In this document: piece by piece, positions 28,305-37,946 of the stretch | Layout: every line of letters starts with the position of its first letter | Numbering within the stretch: position 1 is the first letter of the stretch | Notes under the pieces: generated by a model | Seen by the model: only the letters and a program-made list of their open reading frames with translations | Told to the model about the DNA's origin: nothing | The model's database searches: none | Assembly (NCBI GenBank): GCA_965655805.1 | Contig: CBFHJN010000002.1 | Span: 3,143 to 67,142, forward strand | Direction: 5' to 3' | Source of the DNA: Flavobacteriaceae bacterium | Lineage (GTDB): Bacteria; Bacteroidota; Bacteroidia; Flavobacteriales; Flavobacteriaceae | Length of the DNA stretch: 64,000 nt | Translations under genes and position numbers: made by a program

Positions 28305-31148
28305 TTATTTAATTTCTAAATCAACAGATTCTCCTAACAAATGTACGTTATAAATGCCTTTAGGTAAATAGTAAGTACCGTTTTGAGCTTTTATAATATC
28401 TAAATCTTTTTGTGCTTTCATCAGTGCTTTTCTACCTTTTTCAGAAATAGAAACATCATAAGAAATATAGTTGAAACCTGCATCTAAATCGGCTGCAATA
28501 CTTTGCAAGACATCATTATTTGCAGAACGGATTTCAAGGGTTTGTTTACCAGCATTTTTTACAAATACTTTAATTGTGGTTTCTGGAACGTAAGGCTCAA
28601 AATACTGACTCCATGAACTTCCCCAACGTGATGAATAGCGAATAGATTGCATAGGAAATACGGTCACGTTTTCAGCTAACAATGTTTCGTTTACGCGTTG
28701 AATCGGCTCCATATTCGCGATATACAAACTTCTTCCATGTGTGCCTAAAATTAAATCGTTGGCTTCTGGATGAATTACCAAATCATGAACTGCCACTGCT
28801 GGTAAACCATTTGAAAAGGCTTCCCAAGAAGCGCCTTGATTAAAAGACACATAAGCACCATTATCGGTACCGACATATAAAATATTTTCGTTTTCTGGAT
28901 CTTCTTTTATGACATTCACTGGCGACATTGGTATATTGGAAGCAATGCTTTTCCAATTTTTTCCGTAGTCTTCAGAGACATAAAGGTAAGCCGAAAAATC
29001 ATCCCAACGATACCCATTGAGTGCTACATATACACGTTCTTTTTTATGTTGAGATGCAATTACGCGAGTAACCCATAAATCTTTAGGAAAACCAGAAGAG
29101 ATTATATCCCAAGAACCACCAGCATTTTTAGAAACCTGCATCAAACCATCATCACTTCCTGTATATAATAACCCGAAGTTAAATGGCGATTCACTAATAC
29201 TAGTTAAGGTTCCATAGGCTACATTCCCTTTTTTTCCTCCATTAGTTAAATCTGGACTGATGGCTTGCCACGTATCACCTTGATTCATAGAACGCATTAA
29301 TTTATTACCACCTAAATATAAAATATCTTGATTATGTGGTGATAATAAAATAGGTGTTTGCCAATTAAAACGATAAGGCGTTTCACCTAACTCATGTTTA
29401 GGCTGAATATAAGTTTGGTCATTGGTTTCTCGGTTTATTCGATAATAATTCCCAAATTGATATCCTGTAAAAACGATATTCGAATTTCGGTTATCTATTT
29501 GAATTTGCATGCCGTCGCCACCCATCAATTCTTTCCAAGGGTATTGCCCACTTTGATGCCAGCTTTTATTTTCGCGTGCCTTATGCGAGCCAACCCAAAC
29601 ACCATTATCTTGCAAACCACCATATATATTATAAGGCTTTTCATTATCAACATTTATAGCATAAAACTGTCCAACCGCATTCACATTGAGTTTTTCCCAA
29701 TTTTCACCATCATCATAACTCATATTTAAGCCACCATCATTACCATCTATTAAATGACCTGCTTTTTTAGGATTTACCCATAAAGCTTGATGATCCGCAT
29801 GTACATTTTCCCGACTGATAGATGTAAATGTTTTTCCGCCATCTTTCGATTTTAAAATAGGAACTCCCAGAACATAAATTCCGTTTTCATCCTGCGGATC
29901 TACACGAATTTCACCAAAATAATAACCGTAACTGAAGTATAAACCTTCTAAATAATCATCGTGTGTTTTTTTCCAAGTTTTCCCACCGTCGATACTTTTA
30001 TAAACTTCAGCACCAATTACTGGTGTATCAAATAGCATGGCATTGGCATCTTCTAAATAATGCGCTAAATCAATTGGTTTTACTGTTCCAGAACGCACTA
30101 ATTGCTTCACGTTGTCTGCACGATATTTCTCTTGAAAACCATTTGTTTTCAAATAATTATTGAGCTTTTTATCATCTAAATCCAATAACTGTTCAACAGT
30201 CATAGATTTAAAGTCCTCTTTAGTTAAACCACGTATTTCGCTTTTTTCTTCGTTTTTAGGTCTGTGAAATTGACTATCATGTAAAGCGTAAATTGTGTTT
30301 TCATCATAAAGGGCTAAACCAATTCGGCCCACACCCATACCAGTAGGAAAACCACTAGCTTCCGTAGATACTTTTTGCCATGTATTTCCTGCATCTGTGC
30401 TTTTATATATTGCTGAATTCTCTCCGTTTCCAGAGAAATTCCAAGCTTTTCGATCACGCGTCCAAGATGATGCAAATAAGATATTAAAATTATTTGGCGC
30501 GTGTTGTACATCAATAATCCCACTAGATTCGTCAACAAACAAAGTACGCTTCCACGTTTTTCCACCATCTACTGTTTTGTATATACCACGCTCATCATTC
30601 GTTGAGTATAGATGACCGGTTGCTCCAATAATGACTTCATCTGGATTATTAGGGTTGATTAAAATACGTCCAATATGATGCGAATCTGACAATCCTACAT
30701 GCTCCCAATTCTTTCCGTTATTTACCGATTTTAAAATACCAATTCCAGCATAACTAGAACGTGACGAATTATTTTCGCCTGTACCAACCCAAATAGTTCG
30801 TGTTGGCCAATGCACAGCAATATCGCCTACATTTTGCGTGTTAGCCGAATCTAAAATTGGATTGAAAGACGCACCATTATTATTGGTATGCCAAACACCT
30901 CCTGATGCGTAAGCTACGTAAAACTCAATCGGGTTTTCTGGATTTACATCCAAATCCGTTACACGACCACTCATGACCCTTGGTCCAACATTGGTAAACG
31001 GAATGTTTTTAACTATTGAAGATTTTGATAAAACCTGCTTTTCCTGCAGCGATTTTTGTATGGCTATAGATGTCGTTGCTGGTTGTTGTCCAAAGACTAT
31101 GGAAACAAAAAACACTAAACAAAGATTAATAAGTTGAAAACGTTTCAT
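28305..31148 (-). CDS. Secreted BNR/Asp-box (Vps10/sortilin-like) beta-propeller protein, putative glycosyl hydrolase
   Basis: Signal peptide VFG/QQ and many S/T-x-D/N-x-G-x-T/S-W boxes (SVNNGKNW, TVDGGKTW, STDAGNTW, SIDGGKTW, SYDDGENW, SEDYGKNW). Confidence 0.88.
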   Translation of the reverse strand: MKRFQLINLCLVFFVSIVFGQQPATTSIAIQKSLQEKQVLSKSSIVKNIPFTNVGPRVMSGRVTDLDVNPENPIEFYVAYASGGVWHTNNNGASFNPILDSANTQNVGDIAVHWPTRTIWVGTGENNSSRSSYAGIGILKSVNNGKNWEHVGLSDSHHIGRILINPNNPDEVIIGATGHLYSTNDERGIYKTVDGGKTWKRTLFVDESSGIIDVQHAPNNFNILFASSWTRDRKAWNFSGNGENSAIYKSTDAGNTWQKVSTEASGFPTGMGVGRIGLALYDENTIYALHDSQFHRPKNEEKSEIRGLTKEDFKSMTVEQLLDLDDKKLNNYLKTNGFQEKYRADNVKQLVRSGTVKPIDLAHYLEDANAMLFDTPVIGAEVYKSIDGGKTWKKTHDDYLEGLYFSYGYYFGEIRVDPQDENGIYVLGVPILKSKDGGKTFTSISRENVHADHQALWVNPKKAGHLIDGNDGGLNMSYDDGENWEKLNVNAVGQFYAINVDNEKPYNIYGGLQDNGVWVGSHKARENKSWHQSGQYPWKELMGGDGMQIQIDNRNSNIVFTGYQFGNYYRINRETNDQTYIQPKHELGETPYRFNWQTPILLSPHNQDILYLGGNKLMRSMNQGDTWQAISPDLTNGGKKGNVAYGTLTSISESPFNFGLLYTGSDDGLMQVSKNAGGSWDIISSGFPKDLWVTRVIASQHKKERVYVALNGYRWDDFSAYLYVSEDYGKNWKSIASNIPMSPVNVIKEDPENENILYVGTDNGAYVSFNQGASWEAFSNGLPAVAVHDLVIHPEANDLILGTHGRSLYIANMEPIQRVNETLLAENVTVFPMQSIRYSSRWGSSWSQYFEPYVPETTIKVFVKNAGKQTLEIRSANNDVLQSIAADLDAGFNYISYDVSISEKGRKALMKAQKDLDIIKAQNGTYYLPKGIYNVHLLGESVDLEIK

Positions 31149-31266
31149 AAAAAAGGTGGTTAGTTATTTAAAATTGAAAAATAACCATTAAGCATCTAGC
31201 ATCAAAATTTGATGTTAAAGTTTAACAAAAGTGAAGCGATATTTTCCTAAACTACCATGAAATATG

Positions 31267-31274
31267 TAGCTTTG
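31267..31274 (+). promoter_or_regulatory. -7 element (TAGCTTTG) of pepP
   Basis: Exact motif. It lies downstream of the track start 31257, which supports ATG 31296. Confidence 0.6.
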
Positions 31275-31295
31275 AGAAAATCAATTTATCATTTT

Positions 31296-32588
31296 ATGAA
31301 ATACCATCTTATAGACAATCAATTATTTATAAAAAACAGAAAAAACTTTATGTCTCAAATGACGTCTAATAGTTTAGCTGTTTTTAACTCGAATGATGTA
31401 TATCCAATAGGTGCAGATAGCACCATACCGTTTCAACAAGACCGAAATATATTTTATTTAAGTGGTGTAGATCAAGAGGATAGCATTTTGGTACTTTTTC
31501 CAGATTGCCCAAATCCGAAACACCGAGAAATTCTGTTTTTAACGGAAACCAACGACCATATTGCTGTTTGGGAAGGTGAAAAACTAACTAAAGAAAAAGC
31601 ACTAGAAACGTCAGGTGTAAAAACCGTGTATTGGCTTCAAGATTTTGATAAAATTTTCAAGGAAATTATGGCGCAATGCGAAACAGTGTATATTAATACC
31701 AACGAGCATTATAGAGCCAATACAGACACACAAACACGTGAAGACCGTTTCAATAAAAAACTAAAAGAACAATATCCAGCCCACAGTGTCGCGAAAAGCA
31801 ACCCTATTTTACAGCGTTTACGCTCAATTAAAGATCCGATTGAGTTAGACATCATGCAACAAGCCTGCAATATTACAGAGAAGGGATTCAGACGTCTATT
31901 AAATTTCGTAAAGCCTGGCGTTATGGAGTATGAAATTGAGGCTGAATTGATGCATGAATTTTTAAGAAATCGCTCCAAAGGATTTGCGTACACACCAATT
32001 GTAGCTTCTGGAAATAGTGCTAATGTGTTGCATTATATTGAGAACAATCAAGAGTGTAAAGCTGGCGATTTAATTTTACTTGATTTTGGTGCAGAATACG
32101 CTAATTATTCGAGTGATATGACCAGAACCATACCTGTTTCGGGCAAATTTAACGACAGACAAAAACAAGTGTACAATTCCGTAAATCATGTAAAAAAAGA
32201 AGCCGAAAAGATGTTAGTTCCAGGAACCATTTGGGCAGATTATCATGTAGAAGTTGGTAAATTAATGACTTCTGAACTTTTAAAATTAGGTTTATTAGAT
32301 AAAGCCGATGTTCAAAATGAAAATCCAGATTGGCCAGCTTATAAAAAATATTTCATGCATGGAACGTCTCACCACATCGGTTTAGACACGCATGATTATG
32401 GTTTACTTCATGAACCGATGCAAGCAAATATGGTTTTTACAGTAGAACCAGGAATTTATATTCCGAAAGAAGGTTTTGGTATCCGTTTGGAAGATGATTT
32501 AGTCATTCAAAAATCGGGAGCACCTAAAAATTTAATGGGAAATATTCCAATTGAACTTGAAGAAATTGAGGATATTATGAATTCGTAA
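31296..32588 (+). CDS. pepP: Xaa-Pro aminopeptidase (M24B)
   Basis: LDFGAE, SDMTRT, HGTSHHIGLDTHD, TVEPGIY and GIRLEDD. Confidence 0.93.
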   Translation: MKYHLIDNQLFIKNRKNFMSQMTSNSLAVFNSNDVYPIGADSTIPFQQDRNIFYLSGVDQEDSILVLFPDCPNPKHREILFLTETNDHIAVWEGEKLTKEKALETSGVKTVYWLQDFDKIFKEIMAQCETVYINTNEHYRANTDTQTREDRFNKKLKEQYPAHSVAKSNPILQRLRSIKDPIELDIMQQACNITEKGFRRLLNFVKPGVMEYEIEAELMHEFLRNRSKGFAYTPIVASGNSANVLHYIENNQECKAGDLILLDFGAEYANYSSDMTRTIPVSGKFNDRQKQVYNSVNHVKKEAEKMLVPGTIWADYHVEVGKLMTSELLKLGLLDKADVQNENPDWPAYKKYFMHGTSHHIGLDTHDYGLLHEPMQANMVFTVEPGIYIPKEGFGIRLEDDLVIQKSGAPKNLMGNIPIELEEIEDIMNS

Positions 32589-32614
32589 TATTCAAAAAAT
32601 TATTCTTTAGATTT

Positions 32615-32648
32615 AAACCTCGCTAATTAATTTTAGTGAGGTTTTTTC
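32615..32648. terminator. Bidirectional terminator between pepP and brnQ
   Basis: AAACCTCGCTAA-ttaatt-TTAGTGAGGTTT followed by TTT. Overlaps the brnQ stop codon. Confidence 0.75.
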
Positions 32649-33916
32649 TTTTGAATGACATTCACAATCACGAACATTACCACTGCTGGCAACACCCAAC
32701 CCAAACTATAATTCGCAAGCGGAATGACATCCATTACACCTTGTAAATTATCAATAGGAACTAAAAACTTTAAAAAGTCCGGAATACTAAATATAAAGGT
32801 GACGAGTACAACGGCCTTAAAAACTACAGGTGAGGCAAATTTTTCTGGAATGGCATTTAACAAAATCAATATTATGGTAATTGGATAAATAAACATCAGT
32901 GCAGGTAGCGCAATATCGATTATAAAAGCCACATCAAAACTCCCAACTAACACACCAATTACGGATGAAATTACAGCTGTTAAAATATATGTTTTTCGAG
33001 AATTTTGAAATAAACCACTCACATAATCTGATGTACCAGTCACAACGCCAACGGCTGTTGTAAAACACGCCAACGCCACTAATACACTTAAGAACTTGGT
33101 TCCGATTTGACCTAGTGTTATTTGACTTAAACTGGTTAAAATTTCAGTTCTGGAGGCATCTTCTGTAAAACTGGATTGTAGCAAATATCCGCAAGCAATT
33201 AAACCAGCATAAATAATAAAAAGTCCGAAACCTGCAATAAGTCCAGATTGCGAAATGAGTTTTTTCTTTTCGGCATACGTTTCTTTTGAATGTGTATTTA
33301 ATGATACGACAATTACCGCACCAACTACCACACCTGCAATAGCATCAAAGGTTTGATAGCCTTCTAAAATTCCGGATGTAATTACCGCAAATGGCGAACT
33401 TACTGTTGCAGAGACTGATTCAGATGAACCATCATAAATCCCTAACACGATAATAACTAACAATATTATAACAATTAAAGGTGTTAAATATTTACCTATT
33501 AAACTTAATAACCGAGAACGATTCATCACAAAGAGAAATACCAAAGTAAAATAAATGCAGCTTGTGAGCAGTGCTGGCGAATCAAAAAAAGGTTCAATAG
33601 CCATTTCATGAGTTACCGAAGCGGTTCGAGGTGCTGGAATAGCAACGGCAATACCATACATAAGTATACAATAAATGGAACTAAAAAGTGGTGACACTTT
33701 TTTGCCGAAATCGAACATGGTTCCTTGTAATTTGGCATGTGCAAAAACCCCTAAAATAGGTATAACAACAGCCGTTAGAGCAAAACCGAAAACAACTAAA
33801 TACCAATTACTTCCAAATTGCGCACCCAAAAAAGGTGGCAAAATTAAATTTCCTGCACCAAAAAAAAGAGAAAATAAGGCGAAGACTACTATAAATGTCT
33901 GTTTGGTTTTATTCAT
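32633..33916 (-). CDS. brnQ: Branched-chain amino acid transport system II carrier
   Basis: LFSLFFGAGNLILPP, APRTA, GYQTFDA, ACFTTAVG and about 12 TM helices. Confidence 0.93.
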   Translation of the reverse strand: MNKTKQTFIVVFALFSLFFGAGNLILPPFLGAQFGSNWYLVVFGFALTAVVIPILGVFAHAKLQGTMFDFGKKVSPLFSSIYCILMYGIAVAIPAPRTASVTHEMAIEPFFDSPALLTSCIYFTLVFLFVMNRSRLLSLIGKYLTPLIVIILLVIIVLGIYDGSSESVSATVSSPFAVITSGILEGYQTFDAIAGVVVGAVIVVSLNTHSKETYAEKKKLISQSGLIAGFGLFIIYAGLIACGYLLQSSFTEDASRTEILTSLSQITLGQIGTKFLSVLVALACFTTAVGVVTGTSDYVSGLFQNSRKTYILTAVISSVIGVLVGSFDVAFIIDIALPALMFIYPITIILILLNAIPEKFASPVVFKAVVLVTFIFSIPDFLKFLVPIDNLQGVMDVIPLANYSLGWVLPAVVMFVIVNVIQKKKPH

Positions 33917-33966
33917 AAAACTATTGAAAAACGAAATAGATTAATTTTTTAGAAATTAAACTCTAC

Positions 33967-33974
33967 TATCTTTG
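33967..33974 (+). promoter_or_regulatory. -7 element (TATCTTTG)
   Basis: Exact motif 17 nt before ATG 33992. Confidence 0.6.
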
Positions 33975-33991
33975 TCCAAGATACTTTAAAA

Positions 33992-34765
33992 ATGATATTA
34001 GACTATAAAGGTACTCCTGTTTTTTATTCCGACCAAGGTGAAGGTACACCAATCGTGTTGCTTCACGGATTTTTAGAAAACAGCACGATGTGGCAACAAT
34101 TAGCACCAGAACTTACTAAAACAAATCGTGTTATTAACATCGATTTATTGGGTCATGGCGAAACGGGTTGCTTGGGTTATATTCACAGTATGGAGTTGAT
34201 GGCAGAAACTGTTCAGGCTGTTTTGAACCATTTAAAAATTGATAAAAGTATTTTTATTGGCCATTCCATGGGTGGCTATGTAGCATTAGCATTTGCCGAA
34301 AAATTCCCAAATCAAGTGCTAAAATTGTGTTTAGCCAATTCTACAGCACAAGCAGATAGTACTGAACGAAAACTCAATAGAGATCGTGCCATTTTAGCAG
34401 TAAAAAAGAACTACACCATTTTTGTTCGGATGGCTGTTGGGAATTTATTTACCATTGAAAATCAGTCTCTGTTGAAAGCTAAAATTTCAAAAGTGAAGCA
34501 GGAAGCACTAAAAACGCCTTTGCAAGGAATAATAGCCGCTTTAGAAGGTATGAAAATCAGAGAAGACCGAACTGACATTTTAAAAAATGTATCATTCCCA
34601 AAACTCATGATTATTGGCCGTAAAGATGCCGTTATTTCATCTGATTCGCTTATCGAAGAAGCCAAATCTACACATACCAATTTTGTTATTTTTCCTGATG
34701 GACATATGAGTTATATAGAAAATGCAGAAATTTTCCTACAAGAAATAGTGCATTTCATCGAATAA
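33992..34765 (+). CDS. Alpha/beta-fold hydrolase
   Basis: LLHGF, DLLGHG, nucleophile elbow GHSMGG, D in GRKD and H in DGHMS. Confidence 0.9.
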   Translation: MILDYKGTPVFYSDQGEGTPIVLLHGFLENSTMWQQLAPELTKTNRVINIDLLGHGETGCLGYIHSMELMAETVQAVLNHLKIDKSIFIGHSMGGYVALAFAEKFPNQVLKLCLANSTAQADSTERKLNRDRAILAVKKNYTIFVRMAVGNLFTIENQSLLKAKISKVKQEALKTPLQGIIAALEGMKIREDRTDILKNVSFPKLMIIGRKDAVISSDSLIEEAKSTHTNFVIFPDGHMSYIENAEIFLQEIVHFIE

Positions 34766-34827
34766 TTAATGATTTTGTCGATTTAATTAGTTTTTTTGAT
34801 AGCTTTATAAAAGTAAAACCTATAACT

Positions 34828-35106
34828 ATGAAACCTACTAACCACAGAATCAATTTCATACCAAAATTATATTGTAATTTGTTTGGTCATGATTTTCACG
34901 TTTCAAGAAAAGTAACATTACATGTTAAGGAGTATGAATGTAAGCATTGTAAAAAGCAGGCTACAACCAATGGTAATGGAAAACTAACAGAGTTGACACC
35001 TAAATTTCAGGAAATAAACAGCATTTTAGAGCAAATTTACACACGCAGAGCTATGCGTTTAGCTTCGTCTAACTATATGGAAACTAAATTACGCATTACA
35101 GGATAG
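34828..35106 (+). CDS. Small Cys/His protein, DUF1660-like
   Basis: YCNLFGHDF...YECKHCKK gives a C-x4-H...CxxC putative zinc site. Confidence 0.6.
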   Translation: MKPTNHRINFIPKLYCNLFGHDFHVSRKVTLHVKEYECKHCKKQATTNGNGKLTELTPKFQEINSILEQIYTRRAMRLASSNYMETKLRITG

Positions 35107-35113
35107 TTCATTT

Positions 35114-36160
35114 CTATTCATTAAAACTTTTCCATCCTTGCGCTTTTAGCGGAATTTTGCTTTCCGCACGCGTAACTAAATGCATTCCTGCACTAGCTTC
35201 TTGCATAAAACCAATAACACTAAAATTAGGATTGGCTTGAATTTTAGGAAAATCTGCTTGCGAAATAGTGAACAACAATTCATAATCTTCACCTCCATTT
35301 AAGGCAACCGTTGTGCTGTCAATATTAAATTCTTCACAGGTAGAAATAACTTGTGGGTCTAGAGGAATTTTGTTTTCGTACAAATCACATCCAACATCAC
35401 TATGTTTACATAAATGAATGATTTCTGACGATAAACCATCGCTAATATCAATCATAGCTGTTGGTTTCACATCTAATTCTTTCAATAAACTAACAATATC
35501 TTTTCGTGCTTCAGGCTTTAATTGCCTTTCCACAATATATGTATATTGATCTAAATCTGGCTGACTGTTTGGATTCACTTTAAACACTTCTTTCTCGCGC
35601 TCTAATATTTGCAATCCCATATACGCACCTCCTAAATCCCCAGAAACCACTAATAAATCATTCGGTTTGGCTCCACTTCTGTAAACAGCCTGATCTTTTT
35701 CAACTTCACCAATTGCTGTTACGGAAATTAACAAACCAGAAGTAGAGGATGTGGTATCACCTCCTACCACGTCAATTCCATAAATATTGGCTGCAGTATG
35801 TATACCGTCATACAATTCTTCCAAGGCTTCTAAAGGAAATCTATTTGAAACGGCTATGGAAACAGTGACTTGCGTTGCTTCCGCATTCATAGCATAAATA
35901 TCAGATAAATTTACCATAATGGCTTTATATCCCAAATGTTTTAAAGGCATATAACTTAAATCGAAATGAACACCTTCTACCAAAAGATCTGTAGACACTA
36001 CGACTTGCTTTTTACCAAAATCTAAAACGGCAGCATCATCGCCTATACCTTTAACAGTCGATTTTTGGGTGATTTTAAAATTAGTTGTCAAATGGTCTAT
36101 CAGAGCAAATTCGCCTAAATCATTTAATTGGGTACGCTGTGGATTTTTATCTTCTATCAT
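35114..36160 (-). CDS. thiL: Thiamine-monophosphate kinase
   Basis: LGEFALI, GIGDDAAV, NLSDIYAM, GGDT, DISDGL and GGEDYEL. Confidence 0.96.
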   Translation of the reverse strand: MIEDKNPQRTQLNDLGEFALIDHLTTNFKITQKSTVKGIGDDAAVLDFGKKQVVVSTDLLVEGVHFDLSYMPLKHLGYKAIMVNLSDIYAMNAEATQVTVSIAVSNRFPLEALEELYDGIHTAANIYGIDVVGGDTTSSTSGLLISVTAIGEVEKDQAVYRSGAKPNDLLVVSGDLGGAYMGLQILEREKEVFKVNPNSQPDLDQYTYIVERQLKPEARKDIVSLLKELDVKPTAMIDISDGLSSEIIHLCKHSDVGCDLYENKIPLDPQVISTCEEFNIDSTTVALNGGEDYELLFTISQADFPKIQANPNFSVIGFMQEASAGMHLVTRAESKIPLKAQGWKSFNE

Positions 36161-36164
36161 ACTG

Positions 36165-36172
36165 CAAAAATA
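36165..36172 (-). promoter_or_regulatory. -7 element (TATTTTTG) of thiL, 4 nt before the ATG
   Basis: TATTTTTG-CAGT-ATG on the minus strand. Confidence 0.7.
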
Positions 36173-36449
36173 AGAACCTTAACCCAATAAGTACATATGT
36201 AATGTCATTAAATTATTAACGACAATACTACATCCAGTACCTATAATTCAAAAAAAAAGGAAAAACCGTGACATTTATTTATATTCCGTTAATTTTGTTT
36301 TGTAAAAATTACATAATAAACATTTTACAAGCTTTTGAATTGCATTATTTATAAAGCAATAAAAATTAGAATGAATCGTTTAAAATCAGGTTAAGCATTG
36401 CTGTCCTACTAATTGCCAAAATTTCAAAATATTCACTATCAAAAAAATT

Positions 36450-37940
36450 ATGAAACACTTTATTAAAGTACCCTTATCTATCAAAGCCTTCATGTTATGT
36501 GCTGTTATTATTTCAATAACTTTTTCCTGTGATGACGAACCCGTTGAAACCGTTGCAACGGTAACAGATTCTGATAATGATGGCATTCCTGATGATCAAG
36601 ATAATTGCCCTACTATTTCTAACCCAAATCAAGCAGATTCAAATAATGATGGTATTGGAGACGTTTGTGATACTACTGTTCCTGCTGACACAGATAACGA
36701 TGGCATTCCAGATGCTACAGATAATTGTCCAACAATAGCCAATCCGAATCAAGAAGATGATGATAATGATGGCATTGGAAATGTATGTGAAGATACACCT
36801 GCCACAACGCCTTTATTTCCTTGCGAGAACGGCATGGCTGGACCTTACCCATGTGAGGGTTATGATTTAATGAGCCATATTCCAATTCATATTATTGGAA
36901 AACCAAATGCAGAAGGTAATGATTCTTGGGGTTGGACAGACAGCACAACAGGAAACGAGTATGCACTAGTTGGTACAACACAAGGCACGGCTTTCGTAGA
37001 TATTACAGACCCTATAAATCCTATATTTCTAGGACGTTTAGCCTCTGCTAATCCTGCTGGTAACGGAAATATTTGGCGTGATGTAAAAGTATATAATGAT
37101 CATGCATTTATTGTAAGTGAGGCTAGTGGTCATGGCATGCAAGTTTTTGATTTAACAAGATTGCGCAATGTGGCAAATCCTCCTCAAAATTTCATGGCAG
37201 ACACACATTATACAGGTTTTGGTAGCGCTCACAATATTGTTATCAATGAAGATTCTGGCTATGCTTATATTGTAGGAACTAGTCGCGGTGGAACATATGC
37301 TGGAGGCCCTTTATTTATAAATATTCAAAATCCGTTAAACCCAATTAATGAAGGTGGATTTTTTGGCTACTCGCATGACGCACAGGTTTTAAATTATAAC
37401 GGTCCTGACACCGACTATAGTGGTCAGGAAATTTTAATAGGCAGTAATGAAAACGAAGTGGTTATTGTAAATGTTACCGACAAATCAAATCCTCAAATTA
37501 TATCCTCTATTGCTTATACCAATATTGGTTATACACACCAAGGTTGGTTTACGGAAAACCTGAAATATTTTATTTTGGGTGACGAAACAGATGAACAGTC
37601 ATTTGGTGGAAACACGCGAACTATTGTTTTCGATTTTACCGATTTAGACAATCCAGCATTTCATATGGATTATAATGGTCCAACTGCAGCCATCGATCAT
37701 AATGGTTATGTAAAAGATAACACCTTCTATCTTGCTAATTATTCTGCTGGTGTCCGTTTTATTGATATTTCTAATATTGGTTCAGGAACGATGACCGAAG
37801 TCGGTTATTTTGACACCTATCCAGATAATAATAGCACTAGTTTTCATGGCGCTTGGAATGTTTATCCATATTTTGCAAGCGGCAATATTGTTGTTAGTGA
37901 CATTGAAGGTGGCTTGTTTATTGTAAAAAAACAAAACTAA
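36450..37940 (+). CDS. Choice-of-anchor B / LVIVD-repeat lipoprotein with two thrombospondin type-3 repeats
   Basis: Lipobox TFSC-DDE, CENGMAGPYPC...GNDSWGW, WRDVKVY, HGMQVFDL, YTHQGW, DHNGY and GAWNVYPY. Confidence 0.85.
   Translation: MKHFIKVPLSIKAFMLCAVIISITFSCDDEPVETVATVTDSDNDGIPDDQDNCPTISNPNQADSNNDGIGDVCDTTVPADTDNDGIPDATDNCPTIANPNQEDDDNDGIGNVCEDTPATTPLFPCENGMAGPYPCEGYDLMSHIPIHIIGKPNAEGNDSWGWTDSTTGNEYALVGTTQGTAFVDITDPINPIFLGRLASANPAGNGNIWRDVKVYNDHAFIVSEASGHGMQVFDLTRLRNVANPPQNFMADTHYTGFGSAHNIVINEDSGYAYIVGTSRGGTYAGGPLFINIQNPLNPINEGGFFGYSHDAQVLNYNGPDTDYSGQEILIGSNENEVVIVNVTDKSNPQIISSIAYTNIGYTHQGWFTENLKYFILGDETDEQSFGGNTRTIVFDFTDLDNPAFHMDYNGPTAAIDHNGYVKDNTFYLANYSAGVRFIDISNIGSGTMTEVGYFDTYPDNNSTSFHGAWNVYPYFASGNIVVSDIEGGLFIVKKQN
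36567..36791 (+). repeat. Two tandem TSP3 Ca-binding repeats inside the choice-of-anchor B gene
   Basis: DSDNDGIPDDQDNCPTISNPNQADSNNDGIGDVC and DTDNDGIPDATDNCPTIANPNQEDDDNDGIGNVC. The similarity is also visible in the DNA. Confidence 0.9.
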
Positions 37941-37946
37941 AAAAAA

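Noticed and set aside
34828-35106. DUF1660 as evidence of a prophage
   Set aside because: No integrase, structural, lysis or replication genes occur in the window, and the flanks are core genes.
36161-36449. TPP riboswitch near thiL
   Set aside because: No GCTGAGA-type core is present, thiL appears leaderless, and the region is plain AT-rich promoter DNA.
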